A stretch of DNA of 64,000 nt from a virus. Under the pieces are notes generated by a model. That model was not told the DNA's origin. It searched no databases and saw only the letters and a list, made by a program, of their open reading frames with translations. This document shows, in pieces, positions 45,259-55,200 of the stretch (position 1 is its first letter; each line of letters opens with the position of its first letter). The translations under genes were made by a program, and so were the position numbers. The DNA lies in IMG/VR virus record IMGVR_UViG_3300035698_019437, positions 1 to 64,000 of that record. One strand, 5' to 3'.

Positions 45259-45760
45259 AGTTGTTGTTTAGGTTTCTCCTTGCCGGAATGCGATCCAACT
45301 ATAAAATCAAAAATCAAAAGGGAGATAGAGTACTGTCCTTTATTCACAGGCAGTCGTATAGGTATCGCGTATAGTATATCTGTTTCAATATTTAAGCAGC
45401 TAAACAATGTGGCTGCTTTGTTAACTATCAAAAAGTATTGTCGGGTAGAACAACCGCACAAGGCAATATAAAAGGATATTTTCCTTATTGATCGAGCTAG
45501 ATTGGGGCTTCAGCGTATAAGGTCCGCTCGTTAAACTCTACTACCTGTTTGTAATGGTTTCAGTTATCGGTATAAAACTCTTTATATCGCTCTTTCTGTT
45601 GTGACGCTGGTTGAGACTCGCTCGACTATACTGCTAAGGCATGTCTTTCCCTTCAACCCCTGAGCTATTAAGCTTGGGGGTTGTCTGCGCTGACTTCCTG
45701 CTTGGCATATATGTCTTTCGGTAAAATGCCGAAAAAGAAGTATATAGTTGGGAGATAAAC

Positions 45761-46132
45761 ATGGATAACTCATTTAACGTTAACGATCCTTTGGTACAAC
45801 AGAATAAGAAGAAAATCAAGCATCTATTGGATGATCCAGATATCATTCTTTATTTTGTTGCATCAAACAAGTTGAAACAGATTATATCTGAAGGTAAGCA
45901 TCCTCTTATACAGGGTATTACTACTTGGATGAAGTATCATATTCTAGAGGGTTCTTGTATTGTCATACAAAAGAGAATTGTTTGGGAGATGATTAATAAG
46001 ACTCTTGATAAGAAGAATACATTTGTATTTAGTAATGGTGATATCCGTTTAAAATGGGAGAACCAGATTATTACAGATACCGGTGTAGGTCATAGTGACT
46101 TAAGCCTAATGAACGATTGGGTAAAAAAGTAA
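45761..46132 (+). CDS. hypothetical protein
   Basis: GGAG RBS. Confidence 0.7.
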   Translation: MDNSFNVNDPLVQQNKKKIKHLLDDPDIILYFVASNKLKQIISEGKHPLIQGITTWMKYHILEGSCIVIQKRIVWEMINKTLDKKNTFVFSNGDIRLKWENQIITDTGVGHSDLSLMNDWVKK

Positions 46133-46140
46133 AGGAATAA

Positions 46141-46458
46141 ATGATGGTAAAGAAAGAAGAAAAGAAGCCTAAGAAAAGACTAAAGGTTGTTTCCAGTAAA
46201 GGCACAGGGGCTAAGAGAGGTCGTCCAGCAAAGAATACTGTTACGGAAGAACAGCAAGTAGATATAGAAAAGAAAATCGAGTTCAAAGAGTTAGAAGGCG
46301 CTTTTATGCTTGTTCGTGTGGGAAGTCAATCTAAGCCTTCATCAGATGAAGAGATTCAACAGGTTACATCCACCTTGTTACAGTTGATAGAAGGAAATGA
46401 TGTCAATTGCATGATATACATATGTCATCATGATATTGATATTAAAATAATCCGGTAG
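46141..46458 (+). CDS. hypothetical protein
   Basis: AAGGA RBS; LVRVGS. Confidence 0.72.
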   Translation: MMVKKEEKKPKKRLKVVSSKGTGAKRGRPAKNTVTEEQQVDIEKKIEFKELEGAFMLVRVGSQSKPSSDEEIQQVTSTLLQLIEGNDVNCMIYICHHDIDIKIIR

Positions 46459-46515
46459 TAGGTTGCGGTTGATATTTTATGGAATAAGAATGTATAAATT
46501 AGTAAGGAGTTTCAT

Positions 46516-46923
46516 ATGAAATCGCAACATGTTATATTTAAAAACTTCCCTGAGTTCTGGTACTACACCAAGAATTTATCAGAGGAACAGAGAGACGTGA
46601 TTTTCCATAGTCTTCCAGAAGAGCAACAGACTAAGCTACAACGCTCTTATAAGGTAGGCGGCTGGGAAGACTTGTTTATCAGGAACAATGTTGACGAGAT
46701 AGTAAACCATATCAAAGAAGACACTGAAGTTGACATGATATACGTCAGATGTCGTGTAATGATGGGTAGAAGTTATTATATGAAGAAAAGTCTATGGACT
46801 TATATCATAGACACTTTTGGGGATTTCCCAGAAGAGCATATATCTCATATTCTGGGTGGGATTACTTATAAATCAGTGAATAAACAGACTGTATTATTAT
46901 TGAAAAACAGTAAAAGCATATAA
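46516..46923 (+). CDS. hypothetical protein
   Basis: AAGGAG RBS; TTGATA..TATAAA upstream. Confidence 0.78.
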   Translation: MKSQHVIFKNFPEFWYYTKNLSEEQRDVIFHSLPEEQQTKLQRSYKVGGWEDLFIRNNVDEIVNHIKEDTEVDMIYVRCRVMMGRSYYMKKSLWTYIIDTFGDFPEEHISHILGGITYKSVNKQTVLLLKNSKSI

Positions 46924-46995
46924 AGGTTTTTCCGCCGTTTATAAGAAATATCATAATAATAGTTTGTACTCACTAAATGCTACTAGGAGATTATA

Positions 46996-49617
46996 GTGTC
47001 CTTTTATAGAAGTATAAAGAAACAATTAAGTGATTGGGTTTTTTCGAATAAACCTAATCCTAAAGTAATAAAACTACAGCAAACTCTATATGATGTTCTT
47101 GCGCCTGATCAAGTAACTCAACTTATGGGTGCGATTCAAGAAGCTCATTTAGATACTATGCAAAACGAAGAACTCATGAAGTTTATTGAAGAAACAAGAA
47201 GACCCCCAGAAGAATTGTTCCCTTATTTACTAGAACACCTTAGAGGTCTTAAAGACGAAAACGCTAGAAGAGATCAAGTATATCAAGAAAGACAACAAGA
47301 GATTGAACATGTAAGTCCAGAAGCTAAGCAACAGATGGTGGAATACATTGAAGCTAATGGAATTTTCAATCAGATGGGTCAACTTGTAGGTGCAAAAGAA
47401 CCCGTTACTCAATCTCCTCCTGAGTCGGTTCCGGGTAATTTCCCATTCTTCACTCAGTTAGTTAATGAAAGAGCCACAAGTCAAGAGGGAGTTACAGACG
47501 AAGCGGCTGCTAGTAGATTTATTAATGCTGTTATGCAGTTGTATGAAAGTGGTGGAACTGCTAAAGAAGATCAGGAATCTGCACGTGTACCATCAGAGAT
47601 AGAAACTAGAATGTCACCGGAAGAGTTGCAACAGTTCGTTGGTCAACTAAATGCAGAGAACGCTCCTTGGGTTATAGAAAATCCAATCGCTGTTACCACT
47701 AAAACAGGTAAAGTAGTAGAACATTATCCAATATCGTTTATGTCTGAACAATCCTCTCAATTGATTGAGCAGTTTGTAACTACTAAAGGAGGTATGGATA
47801 GTTTTTTAAATCAATCTCCGGTTACAAGAAGAATTAGCGCGATCTTATCTGATTTGCAGAAGAAAAAAGGAATCAATGCAACTCGTGAGGAGATTTCTGG
47901 AAGATTTGCAAGTAGACTTATTAATTCACTGTCTCCCAGTAAAGCATATAGTGTTAACTCAGGTTCATTATATGATACTAAAGAACCAAGATTTGAGTTC
48001 TTTGCTAGACATCCAGAATACTTACCAGACGATTTGAAAAATGTCGTAGGTGGTACTCCACAAGGTAAAGCTGGCGCTAAGCCAAGAAGAGAACTACTTG
48101 GTGATAGAAAAGGTGAACTTTCTGGTATTGTTAGCGGTCTTGTAGCCGAAGGAAACGAAGAAATATTTAATTATGCAATGTCTCAAGCTCAATGGGCTGC
48201 TTTTAATGACATTGTAAGAGACAGAACTGATGAAGAAAATTTAGAAATAGGTGAAGAAGGCTCTGAAATGGAAAGGGCTGATTTCAAAGGTAGGCAAGAT
48301 GGTAATGGTAAGAGACAAGTCGCTCATGATTTTGGAACAGCTATAACACCAGAAGAAAAAGAAAGACAATCAGTAGCAATTGCTAATTATTTCAGAAATG
48401 TATTCAAGGATGTTGAGATTATATCAAACAAGATTGTTGAATATTTTAAAGCCAAAGGAAAGTACGGATACGCAGATGCCGTAAAATCCTATTTTGATCT
48501 AGCAGTTGATCAACTAGAACAAGTAATTAATCCAGATAATGACAAGCTTACTGAAGACTTGGCTAAGGCTGGTGTTGTTGCACATTATAAAACAGATACA
48601 GGACAAGTCCGTATATCAACTGATTCAGGAACTGTTGATTTAAGTAAACTAGTTAGTAGAAAACTTGTTTTGAAGCATCTTGATGAACTTGGAAGAAACA
48701 AATTAGAACTAAAAAAGGAAGTTGATAGGCGAGCTAGTTATGGAGAAAGCGATGAAAATATTGCTGTTATTCTTGAACAACAAATCAAATCTATTTTTGG
48801 AGAAAAAGCTGATCCTATTCAAGAAGTAAATGCTTTGAGAAGCCAGTCATCTGAAGATATCCAAGCAGAATATTTGATTCCATCAGAAAACGATGTACAG
48901 CAATGGCAGAGAGAAGAAGGTGAACTTATGTTGAAAGTTGTTAACTTCTACGCCGATCATCCAGATATGGATTCTTCAAAAATTACGACTGAACTTGGAT
49001 TTAAAAGGACAGGCGGAAAGGGATATGCTGGTACTCATAGATTCTTTCCATTCTCCAATGCTCAGGTTAAGAATGTTATAGGCTTGGTTGAATCTCTTGG
49101 AGTAGATGGTGCTAGACAAGATATTACTAATAGGTATATTGAGCAGGTCGATCCTAAGTTCAATAAAGTATATAATAGACAAGTTCAAAGAAGACATACA
49201 GTTAAGCTTACGGAATATCCCGGCCAAACTCATGCAGGCGGTTGGATTCCAGAGATTATTCCTCTTATAGCCTCTACAGACCCGATGGCTAGAAAATTTG
49301 TATTTGATATGATTAGGATTCATACTAATATTTCTGGTGGTCGTGCTTGGGGAAGACCTACTACGGCTGCTTATTATGAACTTCTAGGTAAAGAAGTTCC
49401 ACCGGAAGCTGCTGCTGGTGTAGCCGAATACAATAGTAAGAGAAAAAAAGCATCTATGATATATCAATCTTATCTAATTGCTGAAAAAAGAATAGAGCAG
49501 CTTAAAGAAGAGAAAGAATCTCTTAACAAGTTGGCATCGACAGATGCTATCGATTACATGATAGATAGTGTAGTATCGAATACTTTAACTGAAATGGGTA
49601 TTTTTAGGATGTTATAA
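46996..49617 (+). CDS. large hypothetical protein, possible internal virion protein
   Basis: GTG start after AGGAG; 873 aa, helical. Confidence 0.8.
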   Translation: MSFYRSIKKQLSDWVFSNKPNPKVIKLQQTLYDVLAPDQVTQLMGAIQEAHLDTMQNEELMKFIEETRRPPEELFPYLLEHLRGLKDENARRDQVYQERQQEIEHVSPEAKQQMVEYIEANGIFNQMGQLVGAKEPVTQSPPESVPGNFPFFTQLVNERATSQEGVTDEAAASRFINAVMQLYESGGTAKEDQESARVPSEIETRMSPEELQQFVGQLNAENAPWVIENPIAVTTKTGKVVEHYPISFMSEQSSQLIEQFVTTKGGMDSFLNQSPVTRRISAILSDLQKKKGINATREEISGRFASRLINSLSPSKAYSVNSGSLYDTKEPRFEFFARHPEYLPDDLKNVVGGTPQGKAGAKPRRELLGDRKGELSGIVSGLVAEGNEEIFNYAMSQAQWAAFNDIVRDRTDEENLEIGEEGSEMERADFKGRQDGNGKRQVAHDFGTAITPEEKERQSVAIANYFRNVFKDVEIISNKIVEYFKAKGKYGYADAVKSYFDLAVDQLEQVINPDNDKLTEDLAKAGVVAHYKTDTGQVRISTDSGTVDLSKLVSRKLVLKHLDELGRNKLELKKEVDRRASYGESDENIAVILEQQIKSIFGEKADPIQEVNALRSQSSEDIQAEYLIPSENDVQQWQREEGELMLKVVNFYADHPDMDSSKITTELGFKRTGGKGYAGTHRFFPFSNAQVKNVIGLVESLGVDGARQDITNRYIEQVDPKFNKVYNRQVQRRHTVKLTEYPGQTHAGGWIPEIIPLIASTDPMARKFVFDMIRIHTNISGGRAWGRPTTAAYYELLGKEVPPEAAAGVAEYNSKRKKASMIYQSYLIAEKRIEQLKEEKESLNKLASTDAIDYMIDSVVSNTLTEMGIFRML

Positions 49618-49618
49618 T

Positions 49619-49789
49619 ATGAGAATATATTGTGTATGTGAATGCGGTGAACACTCTGAAGATGAAGCTACAATAGAAATAAATTTTGGCGAAGAATGTA
49701 TGTATTTTGTATGTCCAAAATGCAAAAAAGAAAACAAGATTATTCTTAGACCGCCAGATAATTCACTTCCAAGAGTAAGAATGAGATAA
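49619..49789 (+). CDS. small zinc-ribbon protein, not in ORF track
   Basis: 56 aa, CEC..CPKCKKEN; fills the gap exactly. Confidence 0.7.
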   Translation: MRIYCVCECGEHSEDEATIEINFGEECMYFVCPKCKKENKIILRPPDNSLPRVRMR

Positions 49790-50382
49790 TGTATCTTGTA
49801 ACCAATAAAAGTGGTAGCGAATTAGTAATAGCCGATCTTGGTATATCAATATCACCAAGACAAGCTATGGATTTAGATAAAGTGTGCAAAAACCCACCAG
49901 AGTCATCTAAGGATTTAAAACTAAGTATAAAATTAGGTATGCTTAAAGTAGTTAAAAGTGATAGAAAGAAAAAAAGAAAAGACGTAACCAAGAAGATAAC
50001 TAAAGAAATACATAAAGTAGACAAGTCTATGCTTGGGGATATCAAAGATATTATTCGCGATGAGTTAAAGAAACTACAACCAACGCAACAAACAGAAGAC
50101 CCAAGGATGTCTCAAGTATTGAAAGCTTTAGGAACATTGTTACAACAAAAGCAGAATGTATCTAAAGAAACTATAAGAGAAGTTATTATAAACCATAATC
50201 CAGAAGATGAAGATGAAGATAAAGACCTTAATATTGATGAAGATATTCTTACTGAGATTCATGCTAGAACAGTTAATAGGATAGCTAAAGAAACTACAAC
50301 AGGGGTCATTACATATAAGAATGAACAAGTTAAATCTGATATTGATAAAAAGGTGTCAGAGTTAGATGATCTACTCGGATAG
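49789..50382 (+). CDS. hypothetical protein with shared N-terminal domain
   Basis: YLVTNKSGSELVIADLG..SKDLK..LGMLKV. Confidence 0.78.
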   Translation: MYLVTNKSGSELVIADLGISISPRQAMDLDKVCKNPPESSKDLKLSIKLGMLKVVKSDRKKKRKDVTKKITKEIHKVDKSMLGDIKDIIRDELKKLQPTQQTEDPRMSQVLKALGTLLQQKQNVSKETIREVIINHNPEDEDEDKDLNIDEDILTEIHARTVNRIAKETTTGVITYKNEQVKSDIDKKVSELDDLLG

Positions 50383-50426
50383 AAGACAAATTCCGATATT
50401 ATAAAAGTAAATTTAGGAGACAATTT

Positions 50427-51542
50427 ATGTCTAATTCAGCTATACGAGGTGTTGACCTTGGAACGATGTTTTTTCAAGTTGCAGAGTCGGCAGAAGATAA
50501 ACAGATAAACATCAAAACAACTAGAAATGCATTTGTAGAGTTGGCAGAGTCTGAAGATATTGAAGACGTTCTTAGTCAAAACAAATGGCAATATGTGAAA
50601 GATGGTAAGAAATATTATGTTATAGGCGAAGACTCTTTAAGAGTAGCTAAGATGTTCCCTGGAAAAGTCGAACTTAGGAGACCTCTTAGAGATGGTGTTT
50701 TGAACAAAGGCGAAGAAAAGAAGATGCTTATTCTAGCAGAACTTATTGAGTCATCAATTGGTATCGCACCAGATGATAACTCTTTAGTCTGCTTTTGTGT
50801 TTCATCTCAATCCGTTGATGGTTCTGCCGACAGTACGTTCCACAAGGCTAGACTTTCAGGTATGTTTAAAAGACTTAAGTGGAATACAAAAGTCATTGAA
50901 GAAGGAATGGCAATAATTTTATCTGAGAGACCAACTGTTATAGAACCAGATGGTGAAGAATCTCCATACAGCGGCATAGGTATATCTTTTGGCGCAGGTA
51001 GAGTAAACTGTGTTTTAGCCTACAAGGGTTTACAAGTTATAGGGATGTCTTGTGCTAGAAGTGGAGACTGGATTGATAAGAAGGTTTCTGAACAGACGGA
51101 TACGCCTATTTCTCAAGTAACGTCTAAGAAAGAAAAATCTTTAGATTTTAATAACATAGATTATGATGATGACGTTTTGTTTGCGTTAGATGCATACTAT
51201 GGTTCTATGATAGAGTTTGTTTTCGGTCATTTTTCCAAGAAATTCTCTGAAGTTAAAAGCCAATTTGATGCTCCTCTTGATATTGTTGTTGCTGGAGGCA
51301 CCTCAATGCCTAAAGGATTTTGCGACAAAATTGAGGAAGTAATAAGAGGACTAGACTTGCCGTTTGAGGTAAAGTCAATTAGAAGAGCATCGGACCCAGT
51401 GAATACCGTAGTTAAGGGTTGTTTGACTCAAGCTATGGTTTCACAGAAGAAATTGGCTAAAGACAAAATAGAAACCAAAGAAGAAAAACCGGTTTCTCTT
51501 GAGAAAAAGGCAGATGATTTGTCTGACATTCTTGGAGAATAA
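50427..51542 (+). CDS. actin-like ATPase (ParM/MreB superfamily)
   Basis: Phosphate-1 GVDLGT, phosphate-2 GISFGAG, adenosine VVAGGTS, connect motif EG. Confidence 0.85.
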   Translation: MSNSAIRGVDLGTMFFQVAESAEDKQINIKTTRNAFVELAESEDIEDVLSQNKWQYVKDGKKYYVIGEDSLRVAKMFPGKVELRRPLRDGVLNKGEEKKMLILAELIESSIGIAPDDNSLVCFCVSSQSVDGSADSTFHKARLSGMFKRLKWNTKVIEEGMAIILSERPTVIEPDGEESPYSGIGISFGAGRVNCVLAYKGLQVIGMSCARSGDWIDKKVSEQTDTPISQVTSKKEKSLDFNNIDYDDDVLFALDAYYGSMIEFVFGHFSKKFSEVKSQFDAPLDIVVAGGTSMPKGFCDKIEEVIRGLDLPFEVKSIRRASDPVNTVVKGCLTQAMVSQKKLAKDKIETKEEKPVSLEKKADDLSDILGE

Positions 51543-51547
51543 AAAGA

Positions 51548-52282
51548 ATGGGTTATTGTACCCAAACTCATATTGAAAGAATAATTGCTCAATCGTTAAC
51601 TACTGCATCTCCTGATGACTTGGATACGCCTGTAGATTTGCTTAAGATTGGCAACACATTCGATACTAACGTAATTCCAGAAAGCACAGTTGATCAATAC
51701 ATTACATGGGCTGATGAAGAGATTAACGCATTTCTTAGCGAATTATATATTACTCCATTCTGTGAATTATCAGATTTTGAGACTCCTCTATTAGCAGATA
51801 TCAACGAATATAACCCATATATTATTACATGTAAACGATGTCCATTCAATATTGGGGATATTATTGTTCTAATAGACGGAAAAATTCAAGAAAGACATAT
51901 TATAGATGAGGTTGTTAACAGCGTAGATAGAAACGTATTTGGAACGGAAGAAGCAATTGTTAACGATTTTAGTTCAAGCACTACCAGAGTTGTTCGCGTA
52001 AAGTTTCCCGAACCAATTACTCTAATGTCAGCTAGATTAGCCGCTGCTAATATATACGATAAGTATTTCGCATCTCAGTCAGACCCTAATGAATCTAAGT
52101 TTGGACAATATCTTAGACTTCAGGTCAGACAAGAAGTAAATAATATATTAACTGGAAGAACTATATTACATGGTCAACATCGAATAGGAAGAAGATTCTA
52201 CAATCCAACACTGGTTGATAGATACGGATTACCGGGTTCTGTTGGAGACGATAGTAATATAGATGATTTAGGCAAAGCATGA
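51548..52282 (+). CDS. head-tail adaptor-like protein
   Basis: MGYCT..I.WADEEINAFLS..Y..P..ARLAA (Mu gp36-like pattern). Confidence 0.65.
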   Translation: MGYCTQTHIERIIAQSLTTASPDDLDTPVDLLKIGNTFDTNVIPESTVDQYITWADEEINAFLSELYITPFCELSDFETPLLADINEYNPYIITCKRCPFNIGDIIVLIDGKIQERHIIDEVVNSVDRNVFGTEEAIVNDFSSSTTRVVRVKFPEPITLMSARLAAANIYDKYFASQSDPNESKFGQYLRLQVRQEVNNILTGRTILHGQHRIGRRFYNPTLVDRYGLPGSVGDDSNIDDLGKA

Positions 52283-52596
52283 TAAACATAAAATCTACAG
52301 GCGGAAAAGAAATCATAAGCTCTTTGACCAATCTCGAAGAAGGATTGGATGCTATGCCTAAAACTCAAACAGAAGAGATTGTCAAAGATTCTCAGTTTAC
52401 AGAAGGTAAAAATATAATCAACGAAAATGTTCTTAGTCCAACAAACAAAAGTGCAAGATATGAAGCTAGATATTTATCTGCTAGAAAACAAAAGGGTTTT
52501 GATGAAAGTAAAACTGAAGATAGTGAATTAGCGGAGGCAGAAGAAGAGGTTATAAACAGATTTTTCAGGGATTACTTTGATAATTTGCTTTTTTAA
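52279..52596 (+). CDS. hypothetical neck-region protein
   Basis: Gene position. Confidence 0.65.
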   Translation: MINIKSTGGKEIISSLTNLEEGLDAMPKTQTEEIVKDSQFTEGKNIINENVLSPTNKSARYEARYLSARKQKGFDESKTEDSELAEAEEEVINRFFRDYFDNLLF

Positions 52597-52599
52597 ACT

Positions 52600-53496
52600 A
52601 TGGAAGATATACTAGACAGTGTTAGAAGAATCATTTCAAGATGGACTGCCACGAGCGTTCCCATCACATCTGACATTTCGCGCGGTGATACTAATGTTCA
52701 ATTAAGATCAACGATACGTCTAAAAGAAAATGACGAAATAATATTTAGGACATCTACTCAAGGTGAAACTCCTGTCATAGTAACTTCAATTGTAGACGAT
52801 ACGAATATTACTATATCATCTCCCGCAAGGTTTGATTGGGCAGTAGCCGATAACGCACTGGTTGAAAAGACATTTAATCAAATGTTTATTCAAGGAATTT
52901 ACGTTGGTGAACCAGAAAATATCCCAAGATATCCAGCTATTACTGTTAATCCTGTAAGCAGAGATTCAGAATGGCTTACGATTGATAGTACAAAAGAAGA
53001 TTACAGGCTCCAAATAACAGTATATGTAGAAGATGCTACGCAAGAATCTGGATATAGATTTCTTCTGAAGGTGGTAAAGGCAATTGAATTCGGCCTTAAA
53101 CAGAATATATATCCATTGGTAGGGGAATATGATACTGTAGCATTGACATCAGATACAGCCAAGGGAGATGTTTTTATTAAAGTAGCGGATACATCTGTTT
53201 TTGAACAGTATAGTAGAATTATGGTAGAAGACCCATATGTTACAGAAGAAAAAACAGTAGATGAAATAATAGATGCTACTACTTTGAAAATATCTCCTAG
53301 TATTTGCGAACCATTTACAGTCAGTTCAAATACGCAAGTTATCAATGTAAACCGATTTATATATAACTCTTGGCCCGAACACATAGATTATGGAAAAGTT
53401 TTCAGAGGCACTATGCTAAAAGCAGCAACAATTGACTGGTTTGCTTGGGAAGAAGAAGTCCAAGGACAGCCGCCAATTGATGTGCATCTGTGGTAA
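52600..53496 (+). CDS. tail completion/terminator-like protein
   Basis: IPRYPAITV..SEW; gene position. Confidence 0.6.
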   Translation: MEDILDSVRRIISRWTATSVPITSDISRGDTNVQLRSTIRLKENDEIIFRTSTQGETPVIVTSIVDDTNITISSPARFDWAVADNALVEKTFNQMFIQGIYVGEPENIPRYPAITVNPVSRDSEWLTIDSTKEDYRLQITVYVEDATQESGYRFLLKVVKAIEFGLKQNIYPLVGEYDTVALTSDTAKGDVFIKVADTSVFEQYSRIMVEDPYVTEEKTVDEIIDATTLKISPSICEPFTVSSNTQVINVNRFIYNSWPEHIDYGKVFRGTMLKAATIDWFAWEEEVQGQPPIDVHLW

Positions 53497-53513
53497 GAAA
53501 GGAAGAGTAAACC

Positions 53514-54710
53514 ATGAAACTACTCACCGTCAGTGCATCTCCGTACCTACTCACACGACTTGGAAAGATGAATTCAGATTTTTTATGCTATCTGAAGGAA
53601 CAAGGTCACGAAGTTTCTTCTGCTGTTTGGCATTTAGACAGAAGTTGGTTTATGCCTAATGAAGAAGGAATTTACTCTTATGAAAAAGATGGCGATAAGA
53701 TATGCGAAATTCATCCATTCAATCATTTGTCTGAACAATCTTCAACAAGTTTGTATGAGATAATGAAGAAAGTTCAACCAGATGTAGTAATTACTATTGG
53801 CGACTATTTTGAGTCAATGTGTGTTGCTCCTATTAAATCCATGTACCCAGAAACATTCAATTGGATTGCGGTATTAACTATTAATGCTGCTCCAATAAAC
53901 GAAACTTTCAAAGAAATATTTGATAATATTGATTTTGCGATATCAACTACCAAAAAAGGGAGCAAGATGGTTAGTGATATTATGCAAGACAAGTGCGAAT
54001 ATATACCTTATGGACCTGACCATAGTATATATAAGCCAACGGATCAGCTAGATGATGATGTTTTTAGGGTAATGAGCTGTGACAAAAACTCTCAATCGAC
54101 TAATTTACCGTGTTTGATAAGTGCTTTGTCTAATCTAAAGGATAAGAAAGTAAAAGCTTATCTTCATACTAACATATATGAATTAGGAGATTATGACTTA
54201 AATATCCTCATTGATAGGCATGATCTTTCTTCTTTGGTAGAATTACCTGGTAGATTTGTGGGTCTAAATGATGGATTTACAACAGAAGAACTTAATGAAC
54301 AATATAACAAATCTGATGTTATTGTTGATGTAGCGGTTAAGTCTTCAACAGGATTGTCGGTTTTGGAAGCGATGTCTACTGGGTGTATCCCAATATGTTC
54401 AGAAACAAATGCTTTGTTAGAAATATTGCAAATGTTGCCAGAAGATATGAGGTTTTTGGCAGTAGGAACGGAATACATAGGTGAAAGAGAAGAATCCTAT
54501 GCCGTAACATCTTGGAGAGACGTTAGTAATTGTATATCTGATATTTATTATACAAAGTTTAACAATCCTGACAAATACAGGATATGGAGACAGAAAAGCA
54601 TTGAAGTGGCTGCAAAATTTTCAAAGGACAAGATTGTAAAAAGAGTAGAAGAAATAATAAAGGAAAGCAAAGATCATAAAAGTAAGATTAGTATAGAAAC
54701 TGTATCGTAG
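53514..54710 (+). CDS. GT4-like glycosyltransferase inside the tail module
   Basis: QPDVVITIGD, IPYGPD, YNKSDV..STGLSVLEAMSTGCIPI. Confidence 0.82.
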   Translation: MKLLTVSASPYLLTRLGKMNSDFLCYLKEQGHEVSSAVWHLDRSWFMPNEEGIYSYEKDGDKICEIHPFNHLSEQSSTSLYEIMKKVQPDVVITIGDYFESMCVAPIKSMYPETFNWIAVLTINAAPINETFKEIFDNIDFAISTTKKGSKMVSDIMQDKCEYIPYGPDHSIYKPTDQLDDDVFRVMSCDKNSQSTNLPCLISALSNLKDKKVKAYLHTNIYELGDYDLNILIDRHDLSSLVELPGRFVGLNDGFTTEELNEQYNKSDVIVDVAVKSSTGLSVLEAMSTGCIPICSETNALLEILQMLPEDMRFLAVGTEYIGEREESYAVTSWRDVSNCISDIYYTKFNNPDKYRIWRQKSIEVAAKFSKDKIVKRVEEIIKESKDHKSKISIETVS

Positions 54711-54803
54711 AAGAATATTTTTTAATGAACAAAGGAAAGATGTAGTTATTTACGAATAATGAACTAATGACATGCTAGTAATAGCATTTACAGGAGAATT
54801 AAA

Positions 54804-55172
54804 ATGGCCGTTATTTCAGGTACTGATTATAGAGCAATCTCTGATGATTACGGAGATGCATATGAAACCGCACAGCAGGTAAAAGACTTTTTGTTTGATG
54901 CCGTTTATAAAGTTGTACTTTTGCAGGTTATTATTCCTGAAGTTGATTTGCTTCAATCATACTGGGACAGCTACTTGGTAAACACCCCAATATATACTTC
55001 ACCAGTTAATTTTACTGCTGCTGTAAAAGCATTGCAATCTCACGTTTTAACTAGAGGCGGATATGCAACTGTTGATGCTTACTTAGCTGCTGAAGGAATC
55101 TTGGTACAAGCATCTTGGGCAGATTTGTCTGCTGATGCGGGTTACCCAATTGGTAGTGCATACATAGAATAA
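54804..55172 (+). CDS. virion protein
   Basis: AGGAG RBS, AGGA-N17-GAAT promoter upstream. Confidence 0.72.
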   Translation: MAVISGTDYRAISDDYGDAYETAQQVKDFLFDAVYKVVLLQVIIPEVDLLQSYWDSYLVNTPIYTSPVNFTAAVKALQSHVLTRGGYATVDAYLAAEGILVQASWADLSADAGYPIGSAYIE

Positions 55173-55200
55173 GCATAGGAAAAGTATAGGAGTAAACTAA

